Below are positions 26,732 to 32,000 of a stretch of DNA of 32,000 nt, one piece after another (position 1 is the stretch's first letter; every line of letters begins with the position of its first letter). The notes beneath the pieces were generated by a model, which was not told where the DNA came from, made no database searches, and was given only the letters and a program-made list of their open reading frames with translations. Both the position numbers and the translations under genes were made by a program. The stretch lies in the NCBI RefSeq assembly GCF_056989645.1, contig NZ_CM168022.1; one strand, given 5' to 3'.

Positions 26732-28621
26732 ATGAAATCCGAGACGCTAACTGTCCAACAACTTTTTCAAGACCGCCGACAATACTGCGTTCCATTCTAT
26801 CAACGTGCCTATGTATGGACTCAGCGAAACCAATGGTCAGCTCTACTGGAGGATATCCTAGAGAAAGCACAATCCCGGCTCTCGGGTACAAAACCAACTC
26901 CCCATTTCCTTGGTGCAGTGGTACTGGAACCTCAACCAAAAAAAGGATTATTAGGTGTAGATTCCATACATATTATTGATGGTCAGCAACGATTGACCAC
27001 TCTTCAATATGTTCTGGCATCCATCCGATTAGCATTACGTGCGACAGATCTTTCCAACTTAGGGCCTCTCATTTCGTCTTGCCTGAAAAACTCAAACGAA
27101 GACACAATGCGAAATAAAGAAGTAGAGCGCTTCAAACTGTGGCCAACTTTTCGGGATCAAACTCATTTTATTCAAAGTTTTAATGTTGAAAATATTGACG
27201 ATATCCGGAATGTATTCTCTGATAGTTTCACGCAGCATGGTACGTTGCGTAAGCATTTTAATCACCCGCCATCACTAGAAGCATTATGTTTTTTTACTGA
27301 AGCCTTTATAAAGTGGATTAAAATAGAAAATCACTCACCACGAGAAAATGCTGTAGCATTAATTGAGGCTGTCTTGACGGATCTGAAACTAGTAAGCATA
27401 TTTCTCGAGGCTGAAGATGACGCTCAAATAATTTTTGAAACATTAAATGGCAGAGGTGCGGAACTTCATGCCACAGATCTTATTCGCAATTATATTTTTA
27501 TGTGCGCTGAACATGAAAATATTAATGCTGTTGAATTATATGAGAATGAGTGGAAGATCTTTGAAGATACGTACTGGTCAGAAAGACAACGTCGTGGTCG
27601 TATTAATAAACCACGCATGGAGTGGCTAGTGCATGCGACATTGCAATCAGAAAGGCAACGTGAAATCGATCTGTCTCGTCTTTACAATGAGTATCGTGAT
27701 TATGTAAGTAAGGACTTGCCTTCACAACGAGCAGATCTGCAAGTAAAGCGCCTCAAACAATATGCATCACAATATAAAGAATTGGTTGGTGGTTTTGGCA
27801 CAACCCCCATCTCACACTTTGGACATCGCATCGCAGCCTATGATGTGACGACACTTTATCCGCTTGCTTTGTTCATTTCGATAGCTAACATCGCCGATGA
27901 TGAGAAAGCAGCCATGTATAATGATCTTGTCTCCTACGTAGTACGAAGAGCCGTATGTGGCCTGACGCCAAAGAATTACAACAATGTATTTATGAATGTA
28001 TTGCGGCACTTGTCTAAAACGGAAATTTCCAGTGTTGAGTTACGTAATATCCTCAATAGCTTAAATGGCGAAGCCTCACGTTGGCCTGGGGACTCAGAAT
28101 TTCTCAACGCTTGCATCAATGCTCCACTTTATCCTGGCAGGCTCGACGCACCGAAAATGCGCTCAATGTTAACGGAACTTGAAAGAGAACTTTGTCGCCA
28201 AGTGAAGACAGAGAAGCCTGATGTTCCAAATCTTTCTAACCTCGATATCGATCATCTTATGCCTCAAAGTTGGTATTCCTGTTGGCCTCTCGAAAATGGT
28301 CATATGGTGACAAATTCAGATGCTACGGTATTGAACCAAATTGTTCTGTCTGGAACCGATCTTACCCCTGAACAGCTACTGGTAAGGAAACGGCAACAAG
28401 CGATAGCTACGTTGGGAAATCTAACTTTGCTTAACCTTAGCGTAAACCGTTCTGTTCAGAATGCTGTATTTCTGAAAAAACGTGATGCTCTCATCGTCCA
28501 CACCAATCTACGACTGAACATTCCACTTATAGTTAAGGATAAATGGGATGAGGATGAAATCCTGGAGCGGGGTAAAAAGTTGGGGGAAATTGCATTGAAA
28601 GTATGGCCAAAACACGATTAA
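26732..28621 (+). CDS. DUF262/DUF1524 (GmrSD-like) protein, candidate modification-dependent nuclease or anti-phage effector
   Basis: N-terminal YCVPFYQRAYVWTQRNQW and IHIIDGQQRLTTLQYVLA (DUF262); C-terminal LDIDHLMPQSW and TLGNLTLLNLSVNRSVQNAVFLKKRDAL (HNH-type DUF1524). ATG at 26732 chosen over 26672. Confidence 0.85.
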   Translation: MKSETLTVQQLFQDRRQYCVPFYQRAYVWTQRNQWSALLEDILEKAQSRLSGTKPTPHFLGAVVLEPQPKKGLLGVDSIHIIDGQQRLTTLQYVLASIRLALRATDLSNLGPLISSCLKNSNEDTMRNKEVERFKLWPTFRDQTHFIQSFNVENIDDIRNVFSDSFTQHGTLRKHFNHPPSLEALCFFTEAFIKWIKIENHSPRENAVALIEAVLTDLKLVSIFLEAEDDAQIIFETLNGRGAELHATDLIRNYIFMCAEHENINAVELYENEWKIFEDTYWSERQRRGRINKPRMEWLVHATLQSERQREIDLSRLYNEYRDYVSKDLPSQRADLQVKRLKQYASQYKELVGGFGTTPISHFGHRIAAYDVTTLYPLALFISIANIADDEKAAMYNDLVSYVVRRAVCGLTPKNYNNVFMNVLRHLSKTEISSVELRNILNSLNGEASRWPGDSEFLNACINAPLYPGRLDAPKMRSMLTELERELCRQVKTEKPDVPNLSNLDIDHLMPQSWYSCWPLENGHMVTNSDATVLNQIVLSGTDLTPEQLLVRKRQQAIATLGNLTLLNLSVNRSVQNAVFLKKRDALIVHTNLRLNIPLIVKDKWDEDEILERGKKLGEIALKVWPKHD

Positions 28622-28716
28622 TGCAATTAATAAAATGATTATAGCGGCTTTACATTAGTAAGGCCGCTACTCACTATTAAATCCTTTAATTTGCAACAAG
28701 AACAGCAGTGTCAGCC

Positions 28717-28845
28717 CTAGGTTTCGGACTTTGTACCGCTTATCTTGTCTTCAAAAATCAGCTCGCATCCTGCACAGCTCAACGCATTACGTTGTAGATC
28801 GGTGTTCTGGTCATTTGTTGATACGCGTACATAGCCAATAAGCAT
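28717..28845 (-). pseudogene. pin: Truncated Pin-type serine DNA invertase (42 aa remnant)
   Basis: Hand translation MLIGYVRVSTNDQNTDLQRNALSCAGCELIFEDKISGTKSET* is the N-terminus of Pin family invertases, then a premature end. Confidence 0.92.
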
Positions 28846-28899
28846 GGTAGCTCCCCCTGACAAAAGCAGGAATGATGCCATTTGCTCGTTATTTCTGCA

Positions 28900-28925
28900 T
28901 CTTCATAAACGTTGGTTTGGGAGAA
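28900..28925. repeat. Site-specific inversion crossover site (pin-proximal)
   Basis: tcttcataaacgttggtttgggagaa; the reverse complement shares TCTCCCAAACCAA with the 30695 site; hix/gix/pix-like core. Confidence 0.8.
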
Positions 28926-29246
28926 GCGGCAAAACGGAATGTGGGAACTGGGGAAAATCAGATACCTGATATGTCATCATATGCATCAGGTTCAGGCTGG
29001 CGAAAAATGCCAGATGGTTCAATTGAACAGTGGGGACGAATTAGTTTTCCTAGTGAACACGGGCCTGTATCCGCCAATGTTTCATTCCCGATTCCATTTA
29101 CACAGACACCGGGCATTGTAATTGTGTGCGATGGTGGTTTCGGGGGTGGGAATATGTGGGGGGCGACCAACTGGAGCACTACCGGCTTCATAGCTCACTG
29201 CAATTATGGTCTTGAAGGTGGTGCGTTTTTCGCTAAGGGCTGGTAA
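28906..29246 (+). pseudogene. Silent alternative C-terminal tail-fibre cassette
   Basis: Frame [44 protein letters not shown]...GGAFFAKGW lacks the constant N-terminal part. Ends where the plus-strand tfa starts. Confidence 0.8.
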
Positions 29247-29689
29247 TGATGAAATATCTGTACGTAAACAACCTGGCATATCCTTACGAACTTAAGTCTC
29301 TTTATGTTGAAAAAGGTGAGTGGCCTGAAGAAAAAGGTGTTGATATAGACGAAGTAATTTTCAGGGAATATTTCTATGATACACCACCAGAAGGAAAATA
29401 CAGATGTGTCGGAGAAGATGGACTGCCTGCATGGGTAGATATTCCTCCACCAACACGTGAAGAACAAATTGCATCAGCCGAAACTAAAAAGCAGCAATTG
29501 ATTAATCAGGCCAACGAATACATCAACAGTAAACAATGGCCAGGTAAAGCATCAATTGGTCGTCTGAAAGGTGAGGAACTGGTGCAATATAATTTGTGGC
29601 TGGATTATCTGGACGCACTGGAACTGGTTGATACCTCCAGTGCTCCAGATATTGAATGGCCTACGCCTCCGGCAGTTCAGGCCAGATGA
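29246..29689 (+). CDS. tfa: Tail fibre assembly protein, alternative copy
   Basis: 147 aa; tfa-type C-terminus AETKKQQLINQANEYINSKQWPGKASIGRLKGEELVQYNLWLDYLDALELVDTSSAPDIEWP. Confidence 0.85.
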   Translation: MMKYLYVNNLAYPYELKSLYVEKGEWPEEKGVDIDEVIFREYFYDTPPEGKYRCVGEDGLPAWVDIPPPTREEQIASAETKKQQLINQANEYINSKQWPGKASIGRLKGEELVQYNLWLDYLDALELVDTSSAPDIEWPTPPAVQAR

Positions 29690-30071
29690 CATCCGGCGCA
29701 GTGCTGGTATCTGTTGCCGTCACCGCGTCAATGTAATCCAGCACGGCGTTAAGTCGGGTGGTTTCTGCCTGCGTCAGCTTCCGCCCGGCCTGCAGCTTTA
29801 ACTGAATCACGCTGATATTGACCATTGCTGCGTCTATCAACGACTGTTTTTTCTGTTCAGCGTCAGCTACCAGTTCATCATGAGAACGTTCCGGAGGGAG
29901 CGGCGCAGTAAATACCCCGTCTGAATACGCCCAGCCGATTCCGGGCTGCTCACTGATATCAGAAATATTAATGAGCTGCAGATTATCCGGCACAGTGAAT
30001 TCATCCTCGCCATCCCAGACAATGACATTCACAACCATCCCATTTTCAATAACTGCATATGACGCATTCAT
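29661..30071 (-). CDS. tfa: Tail fibre assembly protein, active-orientation copy
   Basis: [21 protein letters not shown]...AEQKKQSLIDAAMVNISVIQLKLQAGRKLTQAETTRLNAVLDYIDAVTATDTSTAPDVIWPELPEA. Confidence 0.88.
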   Translation of the reverse strand: MNASYAVIENGMVVNVIVWDGEDEFTVPDNLQLINISDISEQPGIGWAYSDGVFTAPLPPERSHDELVADAEQKKQSLIDAAMVNISVIQLKLQAGRKLTQAETTRLNAVLDYIDAVTATDTSTAPDVIWPELPEA

Positions 30072-30997
30072 TATGCAAACTCCTCGATAATACAAACCCC
30101 ATCAGCACCTTTCCCGCCCGTCATACTGGTTCCGCTATAACCTGCATCGTATGCACCACCTCCGCCTGAACCAAATGCCCTGCCTCTAACGCCACCGCCA
30201 GCGCCTGCACGTCCACCGCCTCCCCAGTACGATGCACCGCCTTCACCGCTGACGCTGATATTCCCGGACTGACCGTCGCCTCCATCTCCACCAGTGATGC
30301 GGATATCGCCAATATTCGGTACGCCTCCGTTACCGCCGTTTGTGTTTGTGACTCCTACTTTTCCGCCGCCTTCACCACCAGGGGCTATTACCGATCCGAA
30401 CGAGCTATCACCGCCCTTGAGGCCGTTCGTCGCACCAACGCCGCCGGCCCCACCTGCGCCGATAGTGACAGGATAACTATTCTGTGTCGGGGTCAGTATG
30501 GTGATTACTGTCCCTCCGGCCCCACCGCCAGCACCGAAAAACGTTTCGTTACTGGATATAGCCTGGCAGCCACCCCCTCCGCCACCGCCGCCCGTTATTG
30601 TGACCCTGATCCGTTTTGTTTCTGGTGATGGGGTATACGTACCTGATGACGCGAAAGCCCGGGTACTCAGCCGGCGTCCCACGTATCCGCTTGTATCTCC
30701 CAAACCAAGGTTTTGAAGAGCCGTTTTCACCGTGCCGTCCGATTTGATATCGCCAAACGGATTTTTGCGACTTAACAGCAGCGCACGAAGCGCGGTAAGC
30801 AGCTGGTCATGCCGCCCCTTCTCCAGGCTGGCACCGGATGCCTCCACCACGCTGCAGAGCTCCTCCTGCAACATGTCAAAGTAGTCATCATCCAGATCGG
30901 TGGCAGGCGTGCCGGTCTGGGGGTTACCACGGGTAAAACCGTTCTTACCCGCGCCGAACTTATCCTTCTGCGCGGTTTTCGTGTCTATACGATGCAT
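30071..30997 (-). CDS. Tail fibre protein with polyglycine-rich tip domain (currently expressed variant)
   Basis: e14 StfP-like N-terminus [47 protein letters not shown], then a glycine-rich C-terminus [10 protein letters not shown]...[31 protein letters not shown]. Confidence 0.9.
   Translation of the reverse strand: MHRIDTKTAQKDKFGAGKNGFTRGNPQTGTPATDLDDDYFDMLQEELCSVVEASGASLEKGRHDQLLTALRALLLSRKNPFGDIKSDGTVKTALQNLGLGDTSGYVGRRLSTRAFASSGTYTPSPETKRIRVTITGGGGGGGGCQAISSNETFFGAGGGAGGTVITILTPTQNSYPVTIGAGGAGGVGATNGLKGGDSSFGSVIAPGGEGGGKVGVTNTNGGNGGVPNIGDIRITGGDGGDGQSGNISVSGEGGASYWGGGGRAGAGGGVRGRAFGSGGGGAYDAGYSGTSMTGGKGADGVCIIEEFA
30695..30720. repeat. Site-specific inversion crossover site within the fibre gene
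   Basis: atctcccaaaccaaggttttgaagag, matching the Hin/Gin/Pin-type 26-bp layout with central AA. Confidence 0.8.
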
Positions 30998-31000
30998 GGA

Positions 31001-31585
31001 TTACTCCGGATATTTAAAAATTACGTAGGTATGCGACGGGCAGAGTTTGTTAAGCACGCACTCGATAACGGTGTCCCCCCAGATACGCAGTGCGGAATCG
31101 CAGGGATCGCCACATGTCATCCAGGTGGTGTTGGTGGCAGCTGGCATATTGACCTGCCAGTAATACCGCCATTCCGGCGCATTCACCGCGTCAGTACAGG
31201 CCGATGAGCAGGTGAACGTGCTTTTGTCGTATCGCGTGATGGTGGCATCTGGTCTGCCCAGGGCAGCAAGCTGCGCAAGGTAAAAATCCTCATTGATGCC
31301 ACCCGCCAGGTTAACCTTCGCATCCAGCCGTTGCTGACGCTGGCGAAGGGTCTGCGTCCCTGCCGGAATACATTCATCCGGCAGGCCGCACAGACGCTCC
31401 CAGCGGTTTATCAGTTCGGTGGTGGTGCGCGGATCCAGCTCCCGCATCAGGGCATCCGCACGCTGATGAGCACGGGTTAATGACGGTGCCGCACCGGCAA
31501 TCGCCGGATCGCTGGCTGACCACGCCGGACCGGGGGGCAACAGTGCCGACAACAGACGGATGTAATCATCGTTTGTCACGTCCAT
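31001..31585 (-). CDS. Mu gp48/YmfQ-like tail protein
   Basis: 194 aa; [64 protein letters not shown]. Confidence 0.9.
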   Translation of the reverse strand: MDVTNDDYIRLLSALLPPGPAWSASDPAIAGAAPSLTRAHQRADALMRELDPRTTTELINRWERLCGLPDECIPAGTQTLRQRQQRLDAKVNLAGGINEDFYLAQLAALGRPDATITRYDKSTFTCSSACTDAVNAPEWRYYWQVNMPAATNTTWMTCGDPCDSALRIWGDTVIECVLNKLCPSHTYVIFKYPE

Positions 31586-32000
31586 GAAATCGTCCCCAGT
31601 ACCGCCAGTTCATTTTTTGCAATGGAGATATTGTCTGCCGGTGCAAGCAACTGATGGCTGTATTCCCCGTTCGCACCGGAAATCGCCTCACTGATACGCG
31701 ATACCTTCAGTTCTCCCTGCGGATAACCATCACGCAGAAGAAACGAACGCAACTCCGCGGTGATGGCGGCTCGTATTTCTGGTGTGTCCGGCGTCACGCG
31801 GATATGAAAATCCACTTTGTGCGCCACCGGCCTGAATACATACAAATCAGAGCCTGCCACCGGGGCCAGTGGCACGATATGTTGTCTTGCTGCCGTTTCC
31901 GTTGATTCTTCCGGAATGGGATTAATCAGGTCACTGCTGGCAATCATCACACCGACAGTTCCCGTTCCCATCCAGTGACGGTATGTCCATGCGCGGGTAA
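31576..32000 (-). CDS. Baseplate J/Mu gp47/YmfP-like protein, C-terminal part (extends beyond window)
   Basis: Frame stays open to the window end ([18 protein letters not shown]...). Conserved baseplate J tail [38 protein letters not shown]. Confidence 0.85.
   Translation of the reverse strand, partial: TRAWTYRHWMGTGTVGVMIASSDLINPIPEESTETAARQHIVPLAPVAGSDLYVFRPVAHKVDFHIRVTPDTPEIRAAITAELRSFLLRDGYPQGELKVSRISEAISGANGEYSHQLLAPADNISIAKNELAVLGTISWT

Larger units (their letters stand above)
28912..30708. mobile_element. Invertible tail-fibre/tfa segment (P-region type, as in e14)
   Basis: About 1.8 kb bounded by inverted crossover sites, with two convergent tfa genes and an alternate fibre end, adjacent to the pin remnant. 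Confidence 0.85.

Overview
This is an Escherichia coli/Shigella-type chromosomal window in which two integrative elements appear to sit in tandem next to a thrW-derived attachment site. (1) 1-1756 is host flank: the paoC 3' end, paoD and yagP. (2) About 1883-20448 is an ~18.5 kb mobile element. It has a P4-type tyrosine integrase, an AlpA-like protein, an AntA/AntB-like antirepressor, an Ash/Icd-like protein and a large Toprim-type primase/helicase. It also carries a P22-like DNA-ejection module in the order 14-7-20-16, with a convergent membrane protein where P22 has sieA, plus an Abi_2 family protein. I see no terminase, portal, capsid or tail genes in it. The strongest unexplained signal is a pair of near mirror-image iteron arrays at 2565-2685 and 11023-11133. 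Each has three copies of GTTGGTTCA and three of TGAACCAAC around a 43-bp AT-rich spacer, and the two share a perfect 44-bp inverted repeat. One lies directly after the 3' end of the primase gene, so they resemble the ori/crr arrangement of P4. (3) 20403-20448 is a 46-bp thrW 3'-end fragment. To its right is the end of a second prophage with a 4-fold-beta-flower-like gene, an intact IS66-family element (8-bp target duplication), an intact IS3 (1258 bp, 3-bp target duplication), flxA with a sigma-28 promoter, a DUF262/DUF1524 (GmrSD-like) candidate defence gene, a truncated Pin invertase, an invertible tail-fibre/tfa segment with recognisable crossover sites, and e14/Mu-like tail genes. No CRISPR array was seen.
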